A stretch of 64,000 nt of DNA from Antedon mediterranea (Eukaryota > Animalia > Echinodermata): the NCBI RefSeq assembly GCF_964355755.1, contig NC_092672.1:15686001-15750000 (forward strand). The letters run 5' to 3'. The translations under genes were made by a program, and so were the position numbers. The notes beneath the pieces were generated by a model. It worked only from the letters and a program-made list of their open reading frames with translations, had not been told where the DNA came from and did not search any database. Shown piece by piece: positions 1-11,910 of this stretch (its first letter is position 1; each line of letters opens with the position of its first letter).

Positions 1-549
1 TTATTGTCTTACCGTACGTTTAAGGAACATATATATAAATATTGGTAATATCAATGATAATATTATTCATTATATATAAGGTTGATAGTGCTTCTCGAGT
101 TTAATTGCAGAACATAATAAGCATTAGGCCTACAATACCAACATAACATAAAAACAGTTATCGTCGAGATCTGACTCGATAGTCCGGAAAAAGTGATCAT
201 TGTAGTCCGGGGAAAACAAACCTTGCGTGCAAATCGCACCACCTGGTTTAACAATAAAAAACCAATTGGCTACAATATGCAAAATAACTAGCGAGACTGA
301 GAATGAAACACAAATATAGATGGTATAATGATTTGGATAAATATTTATTCTGAAAAGTCCCGTGAGCACGGATCACGGCAAAATAGAAAATATACCTATT
401 GCCCTCGCCCACGGGGCGATGGATAAGTGATTAAGTAAAAGATACTGGGATGCTACAAAAGCCAATGGATGCCACTGAAATGGCATCCAGCAGCCCAGTA
501 AGTGAGGCGTGGTATCGGGACTTTTCAGAACAAAAAATGTGTTGAGCTA

Positions 550-800
550 TATAATGCGCACAATAACGTGTAGAGCGCGTAATGACACTGGTGGTCTATT
601 TGGTATAAAATACTTTAGACAATAAAAGCTACGATGCGCCTACAATTAAGTGTAGAGCGCGCAATGACACTGGTGGTGTCTGTTATAAAATAATTCAGAC
701 AATAACACTATAACTCGCCTACAAATGTAGAGCGCGTAATGGCACTGGTGGTCTATTTGATATAAACTAATTTAGGCCTAGACAATAACAACTATGATGT
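550..800. repeat. About 80-bp tandem repeat, 3 copies
   Basis: Core tgtagagcgcg(t/c)aatg(a/g)cactggtggt recurs near 569, 651 and 726. Confidence 0.85.
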
Positions 801-899
801 TATTAAGCAATTTAATTAGTATAGGGTAACACAAAATTACGGTTTCTGGTAGCGTTATACGGTAGTACCTTAATTTCAGATTTGTAGTGGGGACGTCAT

Positions 900-2904
900 G
901 ACAATCTGGTCGGATATGCCATGTATGCGTTGCTTGGCCATCTCCCAATAGCCTTGATGCTGTCTGTTGACAAGCCGAGTTAATGTAGGTCGGTTATTCT
1001 GCCGATGCGGAAAGAGTGTGTGGTATACTTTCCTACTTCCAAGTTTGCTGATTTCAGTGTTCTATCAAGAACCGGTTTACCGGTAGTGTCAATAAAGAAC
1101 TGTCCAGGTTTTGGAGGTCGCAGTGATATGTACTTTTGAACAGCTTTTAAAGGACTGAGTCTTTCATTGTTCTTTTGTAGAATAAACGGGCGCTGTTGTT
1201 GCTTGCTGTGTTTGTAGGAGTGAAAGTTCGTGGAGATGCTGGAGTTACTGTAAGATACATCCGGCGCGTCCAGGGCATGCCCTGACGGGGTAGATACTGG
1301 TTCGCTGATTCGTAGGCAAGAATAGCAACATAACAGAAACATAGCCTTGTACAGGATATAATCTGTTACGTTTTTTGTAGTTATCTGTAAGTGTTCGATC
1401 AGCTTGATTAATATTGATTGGTGATCGTTTATCTCGCTGTCGGTATGCGCTTTTCACTCCTCTGCACAGAATGTTAACAATTGGGTTTGTTGTGGGATCT
1501 TCAAATAAATTGATTTTGTGCATGAAACAATTAAATAAATTACAATTGTCATGACATTCCCATTTTTACAAGTCTTACTTTTAAGGATACAGACGTTGTT
1601 TAGGTTATCACAATGGAAAATATTTTGAGTATTAACAAGTTCATTACAAAACATTGATAACATTATATAAATCTCTTTTACCATGATATCATAGTTTTCC
1701 CACTCTTCGGGGGTAACGCCCTTGTATCCATGAGGCCCTAAATGTAGCACCAAAAGATTTCATCATCTGAGTGAAAGTGTAAAGCTCGGTTATCATGTGT
1801 ATCAGTGTGGTACCATTATGTGTTTTAAGGAAAGATGGGAAGATTGGGAAACTTTCCCGGCAGTAAGCCTATATAGTCTCGATATGCTTTACCCGAAGGG
1901 ATGACCCATGTAGCAAAATTGAGTTTTCCCAGTGTGGTCTGGAGCTCTTTAAGTGTGACCGAGTGTTTATCTGATGTCTATTTTGATGTCTGCAGCATTG
2001 GCACGTAGTTTTTTCAAGAAGGAGCCGAGCTTCCATGCTTTTCGTGTCAAGTTCAATCCCCAAGAATGTCAAAGTAGTGGTCGGTTAATACGGTCGGAAA
2101 ATGTTATAAAGGTGTTTAGGGAGTGTTGGCATAGCTCTTTTGTATCTTCCACAAATAGGAAATCGTCAATGTTTTATCCCTAATTTGTGCTGCAGGATAT
2201 AGGCCTACTTAAGAAAAACCGTCAAAAACCTGACAGGATGAAGCGCCCCCTTGTGGTAGGACTCGGTCGTAGAAGAAGTTTCCACGCCAGCTGAGATGGG
2301 TGCAGTGGGATGAGTCTGTACGCATCCGCTATGTCTGTTTTTTTTAAATATGCTCGGTTGTTGCATTTTTGGATTAGATGCACTACGGTCCAAATGGAGT
2401 CATAGCTTACTTGCTTAAATAGTTGGGGAATGTTAAAGTTTACAGATGTATGGTCATACGGGAATGATAGGGTGATGATGATAGTCGGTATTTTTTAGGA
2501 GTTGCCTTTTCTCTTATTACTAGTGGAGAAGCTTTAAAATTATCAAATGGTGGGCGTTTGGAAGGTTCCTCAATACAGCTCAATAATAGTTCTTTTTCAA
2601 TATACGCATCGGCCAGAGGGATAGGGATATGTTTACATAATGGCGGGATACTATCGCTAATTGTATAAATTTCCTGGGGGATGCCCGTCGATAGGTCGCG
2701 TTCAGTTAGTTCGGACATATTTCGTTCGATGATGTTAGTAATATCAAGTGCCGACGATGGGTTACCCTTCAATTGTTGAACCTCGGCGGAAAAGTTTTTA
2801 ACAATCGCCGTAAGTTCTGCCAGTTCTGTTGCCCCAGTTTTCTTAGGCCTCTTCTTGGCAGGTGTGTTGGTTTTTGCCTTCTTAGTTGATCGAGTCTTTG
2901 CCAT
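900..2904 (-). mobile_element. Decayed DIRS/Ngaro-type tyrosine-recombinase retrotransposon (gag fragment, RT, RNase H, YR)
   Basis: Minus-strand fragments in the expected order: gag-like start fused to RT N-terminus (PPFDNFKASPL..KKYRL, 2440-2904), IDDF near 2160, TFLGIELDT (1869-2072), RNase H FHCDN (1454-1753), recombinase YTTHSFRIG followed by AIGRWPSNAY (about 900-1342). Many frameshifts and stops. Confidence 0.85.
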
Positions 2905-2952
2905 TGCGGAACTGAAAATAGATTTTTTTTTATCATTTTTAAAAAAATCATA

Positions 2953-3252
2953 TAAAAAGAGTACATAGACTCAAATGAGACGCATACATATCACATTGGA
3001 ATGTAAAAAACGCCTGAAAAATAGGCACATGGGTGTCGAAAAAAGAGTACATAGACTCGAATGAGACGCATACATATCACATTGGAATGTAAAAAACGCC
3101 TGAAAAATAGACACATGGGTGTCGAAAAAAGAGTACAAAGACTCAAATGAGACGCATACATATCACATTGGAATGTATAAACGCCTGAAAAATAGACACA
3201 TGGGTGTCGAAAAAGAGTACATAGACTCGAATGAGACGCATGGGTGTCAAAA
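2953..3252. repeat. About 86-bp tandem repeat, 3.3 copies, upstream of the DIRS gag ORF
   Basis: Unit gtacatagactc..atgagacgcatacatatcacattggaatgt..atgggtgtcgaaaaa starts at 2961, 3047, 3133 and 3217. Confidence 0.92.
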
Positions 3253-3813
3253 AACTTAAACTTTATATCTCTCTTGTCCGACCTATTTTTTACTTTTCAT
3301 CAACAATTTACAATTCCATTTTGATCTCCCAATCAAATCGTATCAAACGGGTTCAATCCAAATGTATTTACTTTATCAACCACAACAATCCAGGTCCTTT
3401 AATTCATCTTCCTCCGCTTCATACTCGGAGAAGCTTTTTCGATTTGGTATTTCTTTTTAAATGCTTCAACTCTCTTTAATGTAATATTTTGTCATTTTTT
3501 TCTCTAAAAATTAATTGACCAAACTCTCGCAAAACCGACTTATTTTCCCTTGCCCATTGTCGAGTCAACGTAACCAAAAATGGTTTCATTCAAAGATTAT
3601 CCAAGCTTTTTAATTCAATTTCTATTAAAGATAAGACTATCAATATTTTTGTTGACACCTTGTCCAAATTTAAGTCTAAAGTTCTTAAATCGATTTAAGT
3701 TTGCCATTTTGTATGTTTCGTGTTTTGTATTTTAATGTGCTTTTAATTCTTTGGCGATTTTTCGCTGTTGGATGTTGTTGGATGTAGTTGAAATAAAATG
3801 AAATAAAATGAAA
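3253..3813 (+). mobile_element. 5'-truncated CR1/Jockey-type LINE 3' end
   Basis: Post-RT motif LYISLVRP...RIKRVQ...LPPLHTRR..FDLVFLFK, followed by a UTR and a (gaaataaaat)n-like tail near 3790-3813. Confidence 0.75.
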
Positions 3814-4549
3814 GTGTGTATGAATGAATCTCCTTACAGCTTATGATGTGCTGATACTGCTAAATGCATTATGACATGCTGTGAAGTTTAGCTTAAGCTG
3901 CTGAAACTGCTAATAATATATCATGACATGCTGTAAGTGTTTAGTGTTGATTAAGCTGCTAAAAGTGCATTGAAATTAAATGTAACATAACATATTTACA
4001 AATTTACACATCCCTCAAATATTTAATGCATTGGGATTTAAATTAATTTATGGTGAAATTATGATATTTTATTAAAAAACAATTGAGCACGAGAGAGTAG
4101 TCTCAATCAATCAATTTATTTGGAAATTGCACATTTACATCGGTGGCACACATAGGAAGTGGTGCATCCATATTGAACACAATTAACATAAAATGACGGA
4201 TACGGATACTTAAGCAAATTTACAAGGTTAAAAGAAAAAAAAATTAAAATTAGTACTATCATGGAGAAATATTTCTCCATGGTACTATATACTGTGGCAA
4301 TATTTGTCTCACATTTTAGTTAAATATATTTATATATACATAAAGAGGAAGTAGTTACAAAAATAGTTGTTGATGAGGCTATTATCATGATAGTTAATAT
4401 TGAAATGGTTTCCTATACAGTATAGTAATAACAATGATACATAATGATACAAAATGATATATAAAAATACATTTACATAACGTCATAAGTTACTATGAAA
4501 AAAAAAATCAATACTTAACTAAAAAAAAAAAAAATTTCTTTATTTCATT

Positions 4550-6300
4550 ATAAAGTAAATATATTTAATATAAGGTATAGCATGTTAATCATTACTCTAT
4601 TTACAGTATTAGTAGTACCAGACTGGTATTTAAATCTTTTGGTACGTGAAACCCATGCTTGTTTTATATAGCTTTTGCAAAACATGTCAAATATTTCATA
4701 AACTTTATTAACAATTACTGGTTGCGTCCCAGTAGGAAGGCTAGTGTCACTTCCTAAGGTTAGTTTTAGTTTTAATACTGGGTTATCTAGTAGGAAGTAC
4801 AACCAGAATGTATAGAGATTACTATTATATAGGTTACGCTTAAGTTTACAATATTCCGTTAAGCGTAGATCATCAAAATATGTGCATTTGAACATAAATG
4901 TATAATATCTTCTTTGTCATTTTTACATATAGGACATGTACCATCATTATCTTCTTAATAACCTCTTCAATATGACAGTGATCGGAAATAGATCTTGTAA
5001 TATGGGATCCTAAATATTTGTAACTATTAACTTCTGAAATATAATGATCACTTAATGGCCATAATCTCTGTTTGTCTGTTCTTTTTCCAGTAATTAAAAC
5101 ATTGGATTTCTAATAGTGGAATTCTAATTTGTAGTCATTACTATATTTTGTAGCTAGATCAAGCATTTCTTGTAACTCCCTTTCGTCGTTAGCTAGCAGA
5201 ACAACATCATCTGCCCAGAATAGACCACTTAATTGAACATTACATATTTATATGCCCATTTTATTTTCCTTTTGAAGTTTGACAAATTCATTTATGTATA
5301 TACAAAATAAAATAGGTGATAATGCACAACCTTGTTTAACACCTTCTTCAATTTTGAAATATTCTGTTTCGATTTCTCCAAATTTAACTTTACAGTGAAC
5401 ATTATTATAAATATTAAATAACATTTTCCATACATTTCCTTTAATACCAACATCCCATGCTGTGGTTAACAATTTGTCTCTCCATACAGTATCGAAGGCC
5501 TTTTGAAAATCAAGAAAAGCCATATATGTATTTTTACCTTCTGCCTGTCTGGTTGAGGCTATACATTTAAGTGTAAAAATATGATCATCACAGCGATGGT
5601 CTTTTCTGAATCCACCTTGGATTTCAGACAATATGTTGTTGCTTTCAAGAAACTTTGAGATATTATTAGATACAATACGCGTAAATACCTTGGACACACA
5701 TGAGTTGAGAGTTATACCTCTATAATTGTTTAAGTCATTTTTTGGACCTTTCTTGTGAACCGGGATTATTATACCTTTGTTCCATTCATCAGGGATAGTT
5801 TGAATTTCTAACAGGCGATTAAATAGTTGAGAGAGAGATTGGATAAGTTTATCTCCTCCAAATTTGAGAAGTTCATTAGGAATGGTATCGGTGCCAGGTG
5901 CTTTGTGATTTTTACATTGGCCTAAAGCCCATTTAGTATCTAACATAGATATATAATATTGCAAAGCTGGGGGGAATTTTCATTTCCGATATTATATTCA
6001 TCACTTTTATTTCTTAGATTTTTTTGCGGTTAGAACCTCGTAAGTTTGTCCAAAAATTCTTACTACTTACTCCACCGTTTTCTGAAATTTGTGCGCTTTT
6101 ATCAATGCGAACTTGCATTATTTTCTTATTGATTGCGTGTTTTACAGCTTTCCTTTTATGTTGGTAATTTTGCCATAACTCGTTGCCATGTACTGTGTTT
6201 TTATTACTCTTCACCAATGTCGGTGTTCTTTACTGGCAGCTTTTCTATCTTTGATCAAATGATCAATGTTTGAGTCCCACCATCGTTTGTGTTTACATTT
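4550..6300 (-). mobile_element. Decayed non-LTR retrotransposon ORF2 (RT fragment)
   Basis: ORF 5248-5964 has KAPGTDTIPNE, NYRGITL, QGGFR, FLDFQKAFDTV and GVKQGCALSPILF. FWADDVVL follows near 5200 in a shifted frame. Confidence 0.85.
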
Positions 6301-6494
6301 CTTATTTTTTAATCCTATTGTTTTATTTCCTGCTTGTAATAATTTTGATCGCCATGAAAACCATAGCATATTTGGGCAGTCAAATTCACTGGCGTTCCAT
6401 TCTTCGAAAGTATCTTTTAATTCTTCCTGGTAATTGGACCAGTCTTGATCCGGTAAAATATTCCAAATATTTGTGGATTGTTTATTCTTTTTCT

Positions 6495-6635
6495 AACTCA
6501 TACCTTGAGCTTTCGTAGCGTACGAAATATCAGTGTCGTACGAGGTGGCTTCCACTAACCTTTTCCTGGTTCAGACCTATGGACTTGTACGCCGCCTACA
6601 ATACGAAAGCATAACTCCGTAGGTCTGAACAGGCC
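6495..6635 (-). mobile_element. Isolated terminal fragment of the Harbinger family seen at 39899-40917
   Basis: Near-exact reverse complement of 39900-40040, including the TIR ggcctgttcagacctacggagttatgctttcgtat. Confidence 0.85.
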
Positions 6636-6886
6636 TTTTAAATTTACCAAAGCTTTGTTTAAAATGTGTTATTAATGTATTGTTAATACTGCTTTACACT
6701 AAGGTGTGAATATAGCAAGGACAATTGATGCACACCCACATCTTGAAACAATTATAATTTTGACGGATTACGTTTTTGGATTACCATCCTTGGGCTGAAC
6801 CACCTTGCATGTTCACTGTATCAATTCATTTATTTAAAAAAAACATTACTGAACACTAGGAAGAAGTTTTTATATTTAGGAAGGAG

Positions 6887-7692
6887 TTTTTAGTCGCGTG
6901 GAAGCGACTCTATAGTTCACTAAGTCGGTCGGTCGGTCTGTCTGTCTGTCTGTCTGTCGGTCTGTCTGTCGGTCTGTCTGTCGGTCCGGTATCACTATGC
7001 GTTTTGTCGCTTTATGACCTTATCTTGATATCAGTTTAATCTAGCTAAGTCAATTTTTCACAGAATATTCCTTATGGCCAGGAATCGATGTGGTTATGTT
7101 TTCACGGTGCGCAATAAAAAATTACGCGGTCTACGCACGATTTAACGAAATCACGTTTGTAATCATATCTTAACAACCATGAATCACAATTAAATAAAAT
7201 TTGGTACTCATAAATTTCATGGCATAAATCATCATATGGCAATACAATTACGTGCGTAGCGCATGTAACGCATGCGTACGCGCGCTTAAAATTTTCAAAA
7301 TTTATTTTCGATGAAATAAGAGTACGTTTCAAGCAATTTTAAGCGTTTACAAAATTGCCATGAGTGCGCAGATTTTTGCGCGCGCACTGCGCGTTAAATG
7401 TTATTGCGCACACTTTTTGCCCGATTTCTGTTTTCTTGACTTAATTTTCAACTCGAAATTACGTTATACGAGCACGTCAAATGTGACAGGCTACGCACGT
7501 GTAAATTAAAACAATATAAATGTTTTTAAACATTTCAACATTTTTAAACATGTTCAGTAATTTCGGTCAGTATAGTTCACTATGTCGGTCGGTCCGTCTG
7601 TCTGTCGGTCTGTCTGTCTGTCAGTCTGTTTGTCTGTCGGTCCGGTATCACTATGCATTGTAACACGCGACTTAATGGCTGTTGGCCTTGTT
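6887..7692 (+). mobile_element. Helentron-associated non-autonomous element (HINE/DINE-1-like), long copy 1
   Basis: T-run start, 5' hairpin agtcgc-gtggaa-gcgact, (gtcy)n microsatellite blocks, subterminal inverted match cacgcgact, and end ggctgttggccttgtt. Confidence 0.75.
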
Positions 7693-7795
7693 ATATTTAG
7701 GCAGGAGTTTTTATTATATTTAGGAAGGAGTTTTTATATTAAAAAAAAAGTTTAGGGATGACTTTGATATATTTAGAATTATTTATAGGGTTAGG

Positions 7796-8597
7796 TTTTT
7801 AGTCGCGTGGAAGCGACTCTATAGTTCACTATGTCGGTCGGTCGGTCTGTCTGTCTGTCTGTCGGTCTGTCTGTCGGTCTGTCTGTCGGTCCGGTATCAC
7901 TATGCGTTTTATCGCTTTATGACCTTATCTTGATATCAGTTTAATCTAGCTAAGTCAATTTTTCACAGAATATTCCTTATGGCCAGGAATCGATGTGGTT
8001 ATGTTTTCACGGTGCGCAATAAAAAATTACGCGGTCTACGCACGATTTAACGAAATCATGTTTGTAATCATATCTTAACAACCATGAATCACAATTAAAT
8101 AAAATTTGGTACTCATAAATTTCAGGGCATAAATCATCATATGGCAATACAATTACGTGCGCAGCGCATGTAACGCATGCGTACGCGCGCTTAAAATTTT
8201 CAAAATTTATTTTCGATGAAATAAGAGTACGTTTCAGGCAATTTTAAGCGTTTACAAAATTGCCATGAGTGCGCAGATTTTTGCGCGCGCACTGCGCGTT
8301 AAATGTTATTGCGCACTCTTTTTGCCCGATTTCTGTTTTCTTGACTTACTTTTCAACTCGAAATTACGTTATACGAGCACGTCAAAAGTGACAGGCTACG
8401 CACGTGTAAATTAAAAAAATATAAATGTTTTTAAACATTTCAACATTTTTAAACATGTTCAGTAATTTCGGTCAGTATAGTTCACTATGTCGGTCGGTCC
8501 GTCTGTCTGTCGGTCTGTCTGTCTGTCGGTCTGTTTGTCTGTCGGTCCGGTATCACTATGCATTGTAGCACGCGACTTAATGGCTGTTGGCCTTGTT
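7796..8597 (+). mobile_element. HINE/DINE-1-like element, long copy 2
   Basis: Nearly identical to 6887-7692 over its full length. Confidence 0.75.
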
Positions 8598-8955
8598 ATT
8601 ATTTAGGAATAACTTTTAGATATTTAGGGACGACTTTTATATATTTGAGGACGACTTTGATATAATATTTAGAATTATATTTAGGAAGGAGTTTTTATAT
8701 TAAAAAAAAAAAAATTTAGGGATGACTTTGATATATTTAGAATTATTTATAAGGTTATGTTTTTATTATTTAGGAATAACTTTTATAGATTTAGGGACGA
8801 CTTTTATATATTTAGGGAAGACTTTGATATATATTTAGAATTATTATAATTATTTATAAGGTTAGGTTTTTAATATTTAGGAAGAACTTTGATATATTTA
8901 GGGATGTCTTTGATATATTTAGAATTATTTATAGGGTTAGGTTTGTAATATTTAG
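8598..8955. repeat. Degenerate minisatellite (atatttagg..acttt units)
   Basis: Repeated atatttagg(a/g)a.gacttt motifs. The same array continues at 6860-6890 and 7693-7800. Confidence 0.75.
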
Positions 8956-9399
8956 AGGTTTTATACCTTCATGATAAAACACACGCGACTAACAATAGGG
9001 ATAACATTTTTTGCGTTCAATGCGAATCAGGGGTGAGTCCTCGATGAAGATACTTCCGGAACGGTAATACACTCTAATAACTATGATCAATTAATTCAAA
9101 TTAATTATTATTATCAATTAATAATTTAAAAGAGTTAGAGGAAAAATATGAAGCTCCCGTATAAATATATTGAGCAAAACGTTATTTAGAATTAAATGCT
9201 AAATAAATTATTGAACCACAATTTCCAAAAGTCATGTTTCATTTATCCACTATATACTATGTGACCGTGTAACTTAAACCACACTCCAAAATAAAACAAA
9301 GGACAAAATAATGATAGGACATTTGCAGAATAATCAAACTTTGCTCTGCTACCGGATACGTAAAATTATGATATGGCCTTAAATTATGGAAAATTCCCG

Positions 9400-9870
9400 G
9401 CAAACGTGATAATTATGGACAAATCGACGACCCATATGACAAGGTTTTCCAGAACACAGTGTGTTTCCCTACATCAGTCAGTAATTCATTCTGCGCATAC
9501 TCGGAAACAAATCTACAAAATTGGCGGTATTGGTGACTGTTATATTTTACGGTGCAGTCAGAAATATTCTTCCATCCCTGGACTTCTATGACGTTATATG
9601 AATATTGTATACGATGAAATGAGACTTAAATTTTAATTGGCAGAAAAAAACATTTCCTGTAAATATGGACTTAAAGGTGTTTTCTATGCAAAAGATCTGA
9701 CTTGCAATATAACAACTGGTAGCAATATATTTATATGATACAGGAAACATTGTCTCATGCGATATTAGACCAGCAATTTCTAATGATCAGCAAGGAGTTT
9801 CCATTAAAATAAATATATTACATGACCCTCGTGGTCCAGGATTATGGAAATTAAATTCCGATTACTTACA
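9400..9870 (+). mobile_element. Decayed Tx1/L1-like endonuclease C-terminal fragment
   Basis: cctcgtggtccaggattatggaaattaaattcc reads PRGPGLWKLNS, preceded by a decayed SDH-like motif. Confidence 0.6.
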
Positions 9871-11188
9871 ACAAGTGAGCATCTTCATCTGCAACCAAAG
9901 TTGCTATTTCATTGCCAGAATTTTAACTTTTTTTGCTTATATTATAATGCTGTTTCTATTCTATGAGCATAACAATGACATTCAATATTGTGCCAACAAG
10001 GATGAAGAACCATCAGTTCCACTGCATATCAACGGCATTCAAAAGGATTTGGGAGTATAGTAAAGTAATTTTCAAACTTGCCACCACTACCAGTGACCGG
10101 TAAACAAGTTTTGCTCTTATGTCATCCACACCAGCATTTGTTATAAATCTTTATTATGAATTTCAAATGGTGAATACATTGATAATTGGTACTTAATTAC
10201 AGTATTTAAATTTCTACAACAAGCAATATTTACCTTCCTTGGCAAAAAAATGTCAGGAAATGGAATCGAGACTTTGAAATGCATATGGAGCATTAAATCT
10301 ATTAGGATCCTACTATTACTTTGCCATCATTATAAAATGATTGTGTTTTAAGACAGAAGAAGCAATATAGTGGAAAAATCTGTAGTTAAAGAAAACATTG
10401 GGGAGCAAATTGCAACATCTTCAATGGCATTTCGAATGAGAAACGATCTGTACTTGCAAAGAAACAAAAGGGTGAATTATGAATGAATTCAAAACATGCA
10501 TTTTCTGTTCAGTCCAAAATTAACAAGACATCAGAAAAGCCAGTGAAGTAGATTTGCTGTGCCTATATGGTGAAACTTTTGGATAGCTTTGATTCCTGGC
10601 AAAGAAAGACATTTTAGCTTTGAAAATTTCCATAAGTATTTTGACGGCGCCAACGATTACAATTTTTATCTATATGTACTTTTGATATACCGTTAAAGGA
10701 GATGCGGAGCTTCAAAATGGTAGAGTAAATGGCAGTCATTTTGAATTTATGTTAATTAACCCCCTTCTTGATATCCGATTTTAGTAAATCTTGGATATCA
10801 TGTTCATTTCAACAGGAAAATGTTTCTACATTTTTTAGCATAGGATAATGTCATTTAAGCAGTTATAACATAAAATATGACGTCACAACTACCTTATGAC
10901 GTCATAGGTATGTCATATGATAATTAAAATATCCTACACATTTATAACTACTCGTAATGCACTTACGGTAGGTGGTCTATAAGTAAAACCGTTAAGGAGA
11001 TAATATACAAGGCTTCAAAATGGTAAATGGCCGGCCATTTTTAATTTATGCTAATTAACTCACTTCTCGATGTCCGATTTTGGTAAACTTTGGATATGAT
11101 GTTAATTTGGACCATATCAACCAGACAAAACAAAAAAGAAATTCTGTTGCAATTTGTTCTAGGTGCAACCATACTTTGACTGGACTAT

Positions 11189-11910
11189 GGTATAAAAACC
11201 ATTTTTAACTTGCTATGTTAATTAAAAGTCAAGTTATAAGCAAAAATACGTTTAAAATTATGTCGGCCTTCTTTGATTTCAACATGGCGGCTGAAATAGA
11301 ATATTTACAACTTCAATAACAATATATTTGGAATCCTCAGTATCACAAACATAGGTATCGAAACCATTTTTAACTTGCTATGTTAATTAAAAGTCAAGTT
11401 ATAAGCCAAAATACGTTTAAAATCATGGCGGCCATCTTGGATGTCAACATGGTGGCTGAAATACAATATTTACAACTTTAATAACAATATATTTGGAATC
11501 CTCAGTATCACAAACATAGGTATTGAAACCATTTTTAACTTGCTATGTCACTTAAAAGTCAAGTTATAAGCCAAAATACGTTTAAAATGGCGGCCATCTT
11601 GGATTTCAACATGGCGGCTGAAATAGAATATTTGCGACTTTAATAACAATATATTTGGAATCTTCACTATCACAAACATGGGTATAGACACCATTTTTAA
11701 CTTGCTACGTCACTTAAAAGTCAAGTTATAAGCCAAAATAAGTCTGAAATGGCGGCCATTTTGTTTTTCGCATTTTAAGGGTGAAGATCTAAAAGCAGAT
11801 TTGAATTCAGCACCCCAAAATTACCCTAAAACACATGTTTTTTCGCTTTTAACACAAAATGCCTACAGCATCTTATTAGAGTGGAAATATGACTATCTGG
11901 ACTAGTCTAT
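11189..11910. repeat. Interspersed element with internal tandem units of about 165 bp (4 copies)
   Basis: Unit ggtat..aaccatttttaacttgctatg..aaaagtcaagttataag starts near 11189, 11354, 11519 and 11681. It shares its end (aaatgcctacagcat..tctggactagtctat) with 54455-54940. Confidence 0.85.

Noticed and set aside
550-800. Conserved repeat with variable spacers
   Set aside because: The apparent spacers are diverged versions of one another, so this is an old tandem repeat.
2953-3252. CRISPR-like repeat-spacer array
   Set aside because: The whole 86-bp unit repeats and there are no variable spacers.
4548-4895. 115-aa ORF as an independent gene
   Set aside because: It lies directly after the decayed RT on the same strand and is best explained as the LINE C-terminus and UTR.
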